Assembly: GCA_000004985.1 (NCBI GenBank) | Contig: GG738901.1 | Direction: 5' to 3' (one strand) | DNA length: 64,000 bases | Source: Naegleria gruberi | Lineage: Eukaryota | Translations under genes and position numbers: made by a program | Notes under the pieces: model-generated | Databases searched by the model: none | The model's input: only the letters and a program-made list of their open reading frames with translations | Told to the model about the DNA's origin: nothing | Part shown: positions 33,240-43,740 of the stretch, piece after piece | Layout: every line of letters begins with the position of its first letter | Position numbering within the stretch: the first letter of the stretch is position 1

Positions 33240-36200
33240 ATGAAGGACGAAGAGATGGTGGAGAATAATCAATCTACTGTTAATGAAGATGGAATCAAGA
33301 CATCATCTGAAGCTAAACCAACACAATTTAACCACTCCTCACATCATCAAAGGCCTCATCATATTAACAAGGGTCTCGGAGAAGAACAACAATACAAATT
33401 TCCTTCATCTATTACACCACTTTCACTGGCCAATATTCATGCCAATGCATCGACTAACTTACTGCTAACTTCATCAACATTATTTAATTCTTCAAGTGAA
33501 TCACATGGTGGTGGAACCATTTCGAGAAGCTCCTCCAATACTTCAATGGATAGCTCCTCCTATTCACTCTTGAATAATCACCATCATCTAACCACATCTT
33601 CCTCACCCTCTGATGGTTTTCACTCAACTCTAAAATCCCTAGAAAATGTTCTCCCTCCATTCTTTACTCCATGCGTGCCACCTCATGCATCATTCAATTA
33701 CTATTCAGAACATTATTGGGGAGAACATCCCTTATCACTAACCTCCTTCTCTCCAATTCTTCATTATGAAAAGAAGTCATCTCTAACGATTATTTGTCGA
33801 TACACACCACAACAAACTAGGAATTCTCCAAGAAGGGAGAGACCTTCCTCTCAAAAAGAATTAATAGAGAATGAGATTTATTGTCTGAAAGTTTCACTGG
33901 ACAAACCATCCATTCCAAAGCTGGAAAGGGATGCAGAAATTTCTCGATTCTTGACCAATGAATTTTCTCAAGTGTTGGATCCAGCACAACAGGTTATTGT
34001 CAGTACTAAGGCCTATTTGTCTGATTATTTTATTCTCGTGAGGGAGTTTATTGATTGTGTTTCGTTGAGATCATTTATTGATAGATCGAAAACATATGCT
34101 AGAGCAGAACCAATTACTGATGAGAATTTTGAAACCTTAACAGATGATACTGTAACACTTCTCAATGAAGAACAACGAGTGAAAGAAAACATTACAATAT
34201 TGGAAAGTAATTTAACACTTGCTATTTCTATTTGTATGAGTGTTGCTCAACTGCATCACTCAAGAGTTTGTCATGCTGACATTAGGCCAGAAAATATAAT
34301 TGTAGAAGGACCTAAATGCAATATAAGATTGATTGATTTTGGAAAGAGTACATTCCTCCCTTTGGAGCATCCATTTTTATATACCGATAAAATTATTGGT
34401 AGTCAAATGTATTGTGCTCCAGAGGCAACAGGAAAGATTCCAAAACCAATAGGTTTCCACACTGATATATATTCACTTGGATTTGTTCTCTTTGAGTTAT
34501 TTTCCAAAGAACATCCATTTACCAAGTTTAGGACATTAGATTTCGTATTTCAACATTTGACTCAACAGCCAGAGTCCTTGTTTCAAAATCTAGCGAGAAG
34601 GTCTTTTATATCAGCCAATGAAGGAAACCTATTCACAGCTGCTACTAAAGCAATTTCAAGACTAATTACCAAAGCAATTCAAAAATCTATTGAGAAACGT
34701 TATTTGAGTATTTTTGGATTGAAACGAGATTTGGTCTACATACAGAATGCTATTCAACTAGAAGATATGGAAGCTCTTGAAAATTTTCAAGCTGGTATGA
34801 ATGATGTTCAAACAACTTTATCCATACCTTATGGTGTATATGGTAGAGAGGAAATTTTCAAAAAATTGGAACTGAAACTTGAAAATATGATGGAATCTAG
34901 TGAGCCAACGATTGTCCTTCTGGGGGGCTATAGTGGCATAGGTAAATCATGTATTGTTAAGGAGTTTAGGACAAGAAGTAAAACAGCAATACAATTCTTT
35001 GAGGCAAAATACGATCAACATATGAATGTACCTTACTATGCCATTATTTCCATATGTAAACAAATTATTGGCGACGTTCTTGGAGAATCTGAATCAGTGA
35101 TTAAGGATTTCAGATTCCAACTTGGTACACTTATCAATTCAGATCAATTAGAAATGTTGAGTGATGCAATTCCTGACATGTCATATTTATTTACAACTAA
35201 TGCAACCAAAAAGCATACCTCCCCATCAATGGGAGATCAGAATGGAGAGCGTATGAAGCTCTTTTCACAAGGAAGTAAGTAATATTTTGAATTTAACATT
35301 ATAACAATATTATATTGCTCAGTTATTCATCTCTTTAGTGTTTATACTCATTTAAAGAAAAAGAGGTTATGCATTTTCTTGGATGACTTGCAATGGACTG
35401 ATTTTGATAGCATGAAGCTATTGAAGGAAATTCTTGGAACTGGTTCTTGTGATACTGTTCCTCTTTTAATTATTGGAGCATATAGAAATAACGAAGTGGG
35501 AAAGGACCATCCTCTATTTTACTTTTTAGAAAATCTCAAACTTAAAGTGAACATTGAAGAAATTGAAGTTGTTGAGTTGACAGAAGATCAATCTAACATG
35601 ATTGTCTCAGAGTCTTTAAGGAAAAATAGAGCTGAAACAGAAGAACTAACCAAAATACTCTTCTCTAGGACGAATGGAAACCCCTTCTTTTTAAAGCAGT
35701 TATTGGCTGGTTTATTTAAGGACGGATCTATTTATTTCGATACTCAAACAGATACTATTACATGGGATAAAAAGAAAATAGAAAATGCAGAATACTCTGA
35801 AAATGTTATTGACTATCTCCTTGGACATTTGGAAAAATTACCAAAACAAACACAAGATATTCTTGCATTTGCTTCTTGCTTTGGAAATAAGTTTTCCAAT
35901 GAAGACATGCTCCACCTACTCAATCAGCAACAAGAAGAAAAGATAGACTTGATGCAACTTAAAGAAAGATTGAACTATGCGGTGAAGGAGGGATGGATTT
36001 CAAATATCAATTCTGGTAATTTACGATTTAATCATGATAGACTCCAACAAGCTGCTTATGAATCACTGCCTTTGAATGAAAGGTTGAGAATTCACTATAC
36101 CTATGGTAAGCAGCTTCTCAAAAAAGCAGAAGAAGATGATTCTTTGGAGGAACGTTTATTTGATATAGTTGTACAGTTAAATCACAAACATAATGATCCT

Positions 36201-39200
36201 GCTTTCTTGGAGAATAGAGATGAGAGAAGATTACTCATTGACCTCAATAATAGAGCTGCAAAGAAGGCTTTGGAAACATCATCTACAGATAAAGCCATTG
36301 GCTTTGTTTATATTGCAAGGCAAATTCTAGAACACGAACCAGACTGTTGGAGTGAAGAAACTTATAAGTTGGCTTTTGAGAGTTTACTAATTGTTGGTAA
36401 TTGTAACTATTCTGTAAATATAGAATTGGCAACCTCTCTATTCATGGAAGCTATTCAAAAAGCTCAAAACAAGACAGATCTTTATGAGGCATGCAACCAT
36501 GGATTGATGGCCTATCTTTCACAAGGAAAATATGAAGATGTGTTTAAAATTTTGACTGATCATGTATTTACTACATATGAAGAGTTGAATTTCCTTACTC
36601 AGGAGCATACTGTTGAATCCTTGACAACATGGATACTTAACAAGATGAAATACATGAAAGAACATGTGCTCGTTAATTTTACTCAAAAATCTGACATTCT
36701 CAATTTGCCAGATATTGATGATTTGGAAAAGTGGCATCTTATTTGTTTGCTCACTCAATCCTGTCCTGCTGTTTTTCATATGAATAACTCACTCAGCAAA
36801 CACTACTTTATGATTATGATATTAATATCGTCTGATATAGTTTTAAATAATGGCATTACTCCTCTTTCCCCATTGTTAATTTCAGTCTTTGCATGGTCTT
36901 GGTGTAATTTTGAGTTTTATCCTCAGATGAACATGTTCTTAGAGGCAGGATTAGAGATGGAAAAGACTAGATTCAGGAATGAGCATGAATTGGCAAGTTG
37001 CACATTGATGAAGTTGATGAGTTATTACTTTTCGCCAACAATTAACCCTCTTGAGGTGTGGAATATATCCGAGGAAGCCTTCTTATTGTCTGTGAAATCA
37101 AAGAACAAACACTATGGCGGTTTCTCTATTCTGTGGTATCCATTCCATCACTTATTCTATAGCCACGGAGATGTAAAGACTTCTATTGGATTGAGCTTGA
37201 ATTCAATTGAGATTTTCAAGAGAAATGGAAATGTTATGTTGATGGATGCCAGTAAAATGATACTGGAATTGAAATATGTTCTTTCAGGAGATGTAGACCA
37301 TTACCTGCCAACGTATGTAAGCCAAGTGAAGGAATATCCATTCTTTAGACAAATGCACTACTCGTTCAAGGGAATTTCACTCTATTTCCAAAATGATATT
37401 GAAAAATCTTTCAAGTGTATGGAAAAATCGTATGATTTTAGAGAAGACTCTGTTGGTATGTGTTCAAGCTGGATTGATTTAATCTTCCTAGGTTTAATCT
37501 CAGCTATCTTTTTGAGAAGTGCTCAAGAAAAGATTGAAAAAGCCCAAGAAATACTGAAATATTCTATAGAAAGATTGGAAATGATTTCCCAAGCTAATTC
37601 TTCTGTTTTTCTTGCTCCTTTGGAGTTCATAAGAGCCGAGACATTGTACTCAGAATATTGTAGAACAGGTGTCGAAAATACTAGAAAAATCATTTCTCAC
37701 TACAGAAAGAGTTATATTATGGCTGAAAAGGAAAGAAACACCTTTTTAGCTAGGCTGATTAATTTGAGAACAGGAGAGTTTTACAACAGTCTAGGTATGG
37801 ATGATGGTATTAGTGGAAACTACTTCCTTAGAGCTATGGAATCTTTTGAACAGTTTGGTGCTTCCATCGTTGTTGATTATATTTTGGAGAATTATTCAGG
37901 TCACATCGATGGCTATTCATCATTTAGTAATAGAAATCCTGAACAAGTATTCTCTAACACTTCTCTATCTGATGAAACAACAGATCACTCTCTTGCTGGA
38001 GTAACAAAGAGCAGAATTTCTGAATCAACAGAATTGGATTTTAGAGAGATTTTCATTTCAATTCTGCCAATTCTTTCAGAACAAACGTTATCACCAAGAT
38101 GTTGTTTGATTTTGAAGAGAGATTCAACAGTTTATGTAGATGCCGAATTTAATGCAGACCTGAATTCTATTGAAGCACTTTCGTCTACCAAACAATTCGA
38201 AAATAGTGATTTGGACAAATTTTCAGATTTATTCCCTCTCAAGATGATTCACAGAACTCTAAGATCCAGAACAGAGCAACAACTCGTATGGAATGACAAT
38301 GAGAAAGAGTATTACTTTGTGAAGAATGTAGTGGCCTCTGCTTTATCTATTCCTATCATGAAGAAAAAGACAGTCATAGGTATGCTTTTTATTATTATTT
38401 TATTTATATTATTTAATGTATTAAGGTTGTATATACTTGGAAAATAAGGAAACGAAGGATGTATTCACAACTGAAAAAATTAACCTTGCCAAACTTATCA
38501 TCTCGATCAGTTTGGACAATGCTGGAATTTTCACATCTATTAACAAATCCTATGCTAGGTTTTTACCTGCTGAATTCTTAAAGTTGCTTGGAAAGAGTCA
38601 CGTAACTAAGGTAAGGTTGGGCGATGCAGTTTCTAGAGAAATGACAGTGCTCTTCAGTGATATTTATGGATTTACAGAGATTATGGAGGGACTTTCTGCA
38701 AAGGATGGCTTTGCTTTTATTAATCTACTATTGAAGAGTATTGCACCTCCAATTTCAAGAAACTCTGGATTTATTGACAAGTTTGTTGGTGATGGAATAT
38801 TGGCATTGTTTATTGAACCGCAAGGAGCTGTCACTGCAGCTTTAGAAATGATTTCAGAATTGGAAGTTTTCAATAGTAGAAATAATACCAATGTAAAGTT
38901 GGGAGTTGGTTTGCATCATGGTATTGTTCAACTTGGTACGATTGGATATGAGCAACGATTGGATGCTACTGTTATTTCAGATACTGTGAACACAGCTAGC
39001 AGATGTGAATCTCTCACAAGAACTTTTCATTCACATATTCTAGTTACTAAACCAGTTATGGATGCTGTTACAGTGCCACACAGTGTGATAAGTACCGAGT
39101 TGGGTAAATTCATGCTGAAAGGAAAACACATACCTCATCAAATTTACAATATCGCTTCTAAATCATGGAAAGGAAGTGGTAGTGCTAAAGAATTCGCTTT

Positions 39201-39423
39201 ACTAAGCAAAGTTATTGATCTCTTCTCCAGGAGTGAATTTACCGAATCATTTGCCCTCGCAGAAACAATTCTCAAGAATACAAAGAACAATACCATTATA
39301 GCTGCATGCAACATGTATAAGGAAGCATCAACATTATACGGATCAGTTGTTTTACCAAGTGAATGGCAAGGTGAAATTCGGTTGACCAAGGATGGAGAAG
39401 TCAGAGAGTACTTTTCAAAATAA
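33240..39423 (+). CDS. Multidomain signalling protein of about 2017 aa: Ser/Thr protein kinase – STAND P-loop NTPase – long helical region – GAF-like segment – class III adenylyl cyclase; 3 exons (33240-35278, 35366-38379, 38426-39423)
   Basis: Kinase: HADIRPENIIV, DFGKS, CAPE, DIYSLGFVLFEL. NTPase Walker A IVLLGGYSGIGKSCIV lies at the end of ORF 1, and Walker B LCIFLDDLQW is created only after splicing an 87-nt intron (GTAATA at 35279 to AAAAAGAG| at 35365). The adjacent GTAAGT at 35275 gives the wrong phase. The second intron, GTATGC at 38380 to TTAAG| at 38425 (46 nt, phase 1), regenerates …SALSIPIMKKKTVIG-CIYLENKE…, a GAF-like terminal strand. Cyclase: MTVLFSDIYGFTEIM, DKFVGDGILALF (Lys consistent with adenine specificity), GLHHGIVQLGTIG, DTVNTASRCES. 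The exons sum to 6051 nt. The N-terminal 230 aa are S/H/N-rich. Confidence 0.7.
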
Positions 39424-39582
39424 ATGAGAGATTTCAGATAAATGAAAATTAATTTTCAACAAGCAATCCATCAAACCATTCAGAATCCAATTTAAATATA
39501 AATGGAAATTATCACATTGTACAACAATTAGCATATTAGTCACCTCATCCCAATAAATCACAACAAACCAAATTGAAAAAAA

Positions 39583-42039
39583 ATGAAAAAACGACATTCA
39601 ACCTTTTCCACCACAATCAATCATCGAGATTTGATTAAATCATCTAATTTTAATTCATTATCTACTAGTAATATTCAATCATCATCATCACCAATATTGA
39701 GCACTACTTCTAGAAAAGGCTTCCGAGAACGACCACTCATCAAATTCATATTAAAACAACGTTCCAAACGATTGCAACAACAAGGCTCTAGTGAGTTTGC
39801 TGGTGCGGAAGTGGAAATTTTGAAGGCTTGTTGGAGAAAAATAGAGGAAGAGGAGATGAAGGACTATCGAGAAAATCTCTCGAATCGATTGGGGTTTTAT
39901 TTTGATGATGAGGAATTGTTGGCCATGTTCGGAAATCAATTGATGAAGGATGAAGAGGAACTACAGCAGAGGACGACAATGGATACTACCAACACTGAAC
40001 CAAGTTCGGCTGGTGGTGCTACTCTTGACAATTCTTCACTGAAGAGTGGTGACAGTGCTCGTTCATTGACAAGTTTCGGATCTGACTCGAAACTAAATTC
40101 GCCAATTAGTCCCAACCTCGACAAGAAGCATTTGCAGTCAACTTCATCGACCAAAAGCTCCACTTCATTTGCATCCTTCTCTGGTGCACCATCATCACTC
40201 ACACCAAGCCCAAACATTGAGGAGAACAAAAATCTTTCCTACCTCTACGATATTCATACTTTTCCTAGCAAGCTGAATCTGATACCAACCATGCATTATA
40301 ATGTGTTGGATGTTGTTGAGTTGTCCTCTGTACAGCAAATTGTAAATATAACAAGTCCTTCTTCGGAGATTGGGATACTTAAAGATTGTACAAATGATTC
40401 TTCTCCTACTGTAAATATTGAATCAACCACTTTTAGTCTCGAGATTTTAGATAGTTTTATTACTGTTGATTCTTTTGAAGATTTTTCAAATCCTTCATAT
40501 AATCCACTCAATATTAGACATTTATATTGTGATTATTGGTCCAACAAACTAGAATTCAAACAAAGGATCAGTAAATCTTCTCTTACTTCAAACAATAAGA
40601 AGGAAAATGAAAAATCAAAAAACTATATACCATTTGAAGAATTGGAAAAATGTAGAAATTGTACAGAACTCAAATTGAACAATAACAAGATTAGATCTCT
40701 AGATTCTAAACATTTTACCAATTTTGCACACTTGACAGAATTGAATCTATCTTCGAATAGAATGTCTAAAGCAAGACTGCCTGAGGATATTTTCTCACAT
40801 ATGCCACATTTGCAGAGGCTTTCTCTCGATTATATGGGTCTTAAGACTCTACCAAAATCAATTAACAAATTGGTAGAGCTTACCTACCTTTCACTTTCCT
40901 TTAACAAATTGAACACTTTCAACTTGCTACATGGAAAAGACAGACACTTGAATGATTTTTGGCCAAAATTGACCAATTTGGAGTACTTGAATTTGTCTGG
41001 AAATAGATTGAATAGATTTCCTTCAGAAATTTGTAATTGCAAATCATTGGAATTTTTGAGTTTGTCCAACAATAGAATAATTAACGAGATACCAAAGGAA
41101 ATTGAAAATCTCAAAAAATTAGCAATACTCTTCTTGAATGGAAACAAAGTTACTGCTCTTGATATTAATAGAAATTTGGAATTTTTAGAGAATTTGACCC
41201 ATTTGGAATTGGGTCACAATCCTAATATCCATGTGGTTCCACCTCCTGTTTACAATTTAACCAAATTAGAATCACTCTGTTTGAGCCATCTAACCATTAG
41301 TCATTTATCGGATGATATTGGAAAATTAAGAAATTTGACTCACTTGGATTTGTATGGCTCCAAACTAACTGGTCTTCCAAAGGGTATTTCACAGCTTATC
41401 AACCTTAGGAATTTGGATATGCGATATTGCAGAGGTATCAAGGAGTTCCCTATTGAATTGTTTGGTCAAAAAGTTTCAAGTAGCACTATCACTACTACCT
41501 CTCCAATGAAATCCCTTACTAGATTGAGTCTTAGCTATACAATGATAGAGAGCATTCCTGAGGATATTTCCTCTCTCCAGAGTTTACAAGCACTTTTGGT
41601 GAATGACTGTCCCTTGCTCGAAGAAATTAAGGGTATTGACAAGCTTGTCAATCTTGTAGAGTTTGACATCAGTCGTTGCATCTCCCTTGTTGAGCCTCCT
41701 TCTGATGTGTGTGAGAGAGGTCTTGCCCACATTAGAGGATATCTGAAAGAAAAGGACGATGGACCTTCTATTTTTTTAAAGTTTATTGGATCAGTATTTG
41801 GTGGAAATACCTCAAATAATTCCTCCACCAACAAGAAGAAACTACCTTCACCAATAGGCACAGAAAACAACCTCAAAGTGGAACACAATGAATTACTTGT
41901 TGCCTCACCAGTACCAAGCATTAATTCTGGAGATGATGATGGTGATAGTGATTCTGATGATGAGATTGGCGCATCTAAAAAGAAGAAACCAAGTCCAAGT
42001 GGCAGTACTGTCAAGTCATTATTTTCCTTTTGGAAATAA
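39583..42039 (+). CDS. Leucine-rich repeat protein (classical LxxLxxLxLsxNxLxxlP repeats), 818 aa, S-rich N-terminus, acidic/basic C-terminus
   Basis: ATG in A-rich context. About 18 tandem 22-24-aa LRRs run from about aa 330 to 690 (ELNLSSNRMSKARLPEDIFSHMPHLQRLSLDYMGLKTLPKSI…). The C-terminal tail is DDDGDSDSDDE…KKKKPSPSG. It starts 160 bp downstream of the cyclase gene on the same strand. Confidence 0.65.
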   Translation: MKKRHSTFSTTINHRDLIKSSNFNSLSTSNIQSSSSPILSTTSRKGFRERPLIKFILKQRSKRLQQQGSSEFAGAEVEILKACWRKIEEEEMKDYRENLSNRLGFYFDDEELLAMFGNQLMKDEEELQQRTTMDTTNTEPSSAGGATLDNSSLKSGDSARSLTSFGSDSKLNSPISPNLDKKHLQSTSSTKSSTSFASFSGAPSSLTPSPNIEENKNLSYLYDIHTFPSKLNLIPTMHYNVLDVVELSSVQQIVNITSPSSEIGILKDCTNDSSPTVNIESTTFSLEILDSFITVDSFEDFSNPSYNPLNIRHLYCDYWSNKLEFKQRISKSSLTSNNKKENEKSKNYIPFEELEKCRNCTELKLNNNKIRSLDSKHFTNFAHLTELNLSSNRMSKARLPEDIFSHMPHLQRLSLDYMGLKTLPKSINKLVELTYLSLSFNKLNTFNLLHGKDRHLNDFWPKLTNLEYLNLSGNRLNRFPSEICNCKSLEFLSLSNNRIINEIPKEIENLKKLAILFLNGNKVTALDINRNLEFLENLTHLELGHNPNIHVVPPPVYNLTKLESLCLSHLTISHLSDDIGKLRNLTHLDLYGSKLTGLPKGISQLINLRNLDMRYCRGIKEFPIELFGQKVSSSTITTTSPMKSLTRLSLSYTMIESIPEDISSLQSLQALLVNDCPLLEEIKGIDKLVNLVEFDISRCISLVEPPSDVCERGLAHIRGYLKEKDDGPSIFLKFIGSVFGGNTSNNSSTNKKKLPSPIGTENNLKVEHNELLVASPVPSINSGDDDGDSDSDDEIGASKKKKPSPSGSTVKSLFSFWK

Positions 42040-42137
42040 AGTGTTGAGTAAATAAAAACTGATGAAACATTTAGACATCACCAAATATAATGTCGTTTTT
42101 TCCCGTAAATGAGAAATATTTGCATTAAGAACAAGAT

Positions 42138-42209
42138 TCCCGTGTAGTCCAATGGCTAGGATACCTGGCTTTCACCCAGGAGGTCCGGGTTCAATTCCCG
42201 GCATGGGAG
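42138..42209 (+). tRNA. tRNA-Glu(TTC)
   Basis: TCCCGTG-TA-GTCC-AATGGCTA-GGAT-A-CCTGG-CTTTCAC-CCAGG-AGGT-CCGGG-TTCAATT-CCCGG-CATGGGA-G. Canonical cloverleaf with anticodon UUC and an intact B box GGTTCAATTCC. Confidence 0.9.
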
Positions 42210-42214
42210 AATCG

Positions 42215-42220
42215 TTTTTT
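42215..42220 (+). terminator. RNA polymerase III T-run terminator (TTTTTT) 5 nt downstream of tRNA-Glu
   Basis: T6 directly follows the tRNA 3' end. A second T5 follows at 42222-42226. Confidence 0.6.
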
Positions 42221-42271
42221 ATTTTTAAAAGTAATCTACAATGAAGTATTGTATTTTTTAAGCTTGATTCT

Positions 42272-43690
42272 TTATTCAGTACTTGGATTGTAAAATTCGT
42301 TAATGGAAGAGTGAGAAATAGATGCCACAAACTTTTCTTTGGTAATTTCATAGTACGACTCGACAGAATTATAATCTGCATCAGGATTTTTTGCTAGCAT
42401 GTTGGCATTGGTGATAAGATGATGCATTAGAGAGTCTTTCTCTATTAAATTGTCCTGAATCATTTTGTGAACCATTCCTGAACTGAAATAATTTGTTGAA
42501 TCCCATCTATTATGTGGTAACTGTGTTAAAATCTCTAAATAGAGAAGACCTCCAACAATATCCAATGTAAATATATTCTCCAACAATGACACATATTTCA
42601 CAGATAACCTTACCAGTTTTGGAAATCTGCTTCTAGTAATTCCTTGTAAAATATTCTTCTCTGCGGTATCATCTAAAAATTGAGGCATTTTGATTGTCAA
42701 ATCAATTACGTTTTGGAAAGAACAGTCCTCTAAAAATTTAACATTCGTCCAATCACTATCTCCACCTAAAATTAAGGATAGAAAAAGGACACTGTTTGGT
42801 ATTTGAAACTTTTCACTTTCCTCCTGTGATATTTCTATTGACATGGCAATAAATCTGTTTGAAAACAACAAATTATCTTTTGCATCTGAAGAGGAAACCA
42901 TCAATCCAATAGCATTGCTATTCAGAGTACTACTGAGAGATGTGAGTAAACCTAGGTTCATTAGTTGGCATTCCTCAAGAGTAGAAAACTCATTATAACT
43001 CGAATTTCTCTCACTATCAAAGTATGATATCATTTCCAATGATAAAATCAATGCCTTATGTAGAAACAACTCATAGCTGCCAAGGGAGAGGTTTTTCTCA
43101 ATCCTTTGCATCTTTTCATTGTCCACCATTAACTTGGCGAATCTATGATCAAATATCTCCTCAACATCCCAGTCGTAATATTCATTTTCCATTTGATTGA
43201 AATCTATTGTAAAACCATACGTGCTAAAAATGTTGTTTAATTCAACAATGTTGCGATATTCACTATTTACGCCCATTTCAGTTCTTTCAATCAACTTTTG
43301 TAAGTTAGCCATTTTCAACGTCTCTTCTTCATTAATATCACCCCTGGCGAGTTGAAGCCCACTATAAGAGTCATATCTTCTCAAATACAGAGTCATTTCA
43401 AATATGTTGGAAACTTTCAGCCAAAACTCTTGCATTTCCTCATCGTTTAATAATTGATCCCTAAGAGATTTAGAAACACAACAACAAACTGCATGAACTG
43501 CTCTTACCTGTGTCAATTTAATATACGAAAATAAGTATTGGTCGTAAAATCGAAAATAGACACACGGATACATTTTACCAAAGCGGCTGATAGGTCCTAG
43601 AAGATATTCAAAAATACTAAATTTCCACAGGTCTGTGGGAATATCCAACAAGGAAGAGTGTGGGTGATGGGGTTGTTGTGATGTGAACAT
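42272..43690 (-). CDS. F-box-like protein (472 aa), remainder uncharacterised
   Basis: ATG in A-rich context. The N-terminus SLLDIPTDLWKFSIFEYLLGP fits the F-box pattern LxxLPxElwxxIfxyL. The remainder is helical/Leu-rich with no clear repeat register. Confidence 0.5.
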   Translation of the reverse strand: MFTSQQPHHPHSSLLDIPTDLWKFSIFEYLLGPISRFGKMYPCVYFRFYDQYLFSYIKLTQVRAVHAVCCCVSKSLRDQLLNDEEMQEFWLKVSNIFEMTLYLRRYDSYSGLQLARGDINEEETLKMANLQKLIERTEMGVNSEYRNIVELNNIFSTYGFTIDFNQMENEYYDWDVEEIFDHRFAKLMVDNEKMQRIEKNLSLGSYELFLHKALILSLEMISYFDSERNSSYNEFSTLEECQLMNLGLLTSLSSTLNSNAIGLMVSSSDAKDNLLFSNRFIAMSIEISQEESEKFQIPNSVLFLSLILGGDSDWTNVKFLEDCSFQNVIDLTIKMPQFLDDTAEKNILQGITRSRFPKLVRLSVKYVSLLENIFTLDIVGGLLYLEILTQLPHNRWDSTNYFSSGMVHKMIQDNLIEKDSLMHHLITNANMLAKNPDADYNSVESYYEITKEKFVASISHSSINEFYNPSTE

Positions 43691-43740
43691 TTTTTTTTCA
43701 GTGTCGAACTAATCCAAAGTTCATATTTACAAAGGTGCAT

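Noticed and set aside
35275-35280. The perfect-consensus GTAAGT at 35275 as the donor of the kinase/NTPase intron
   Set aside because: It leaves phase 1, and no acceptor upstream of 35379 restores the downstream frame. The overlapping GTAATA at 35279 (phase 2) with acceptor AG at 35364-35365 does restore it and creates the Walker B motif. The exact boundary is still worth confirming with cDNA.
39424-39582. Possibility that the LRR gene (39583-42039) is a further exon of the cyclase megagene, by analogy with LRR-containing fungal adenylyl cyclases
   Set aside because: The cyclase ORF ends with an in-frame TAA at 39421-39423. The LRR gene has its own ATG in strong A-rich context, and the domain order (LRR after the cyclase) would be the reverse of known LRR-cyclases. 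I keep them as separate genes but note the adjacency in the findings.
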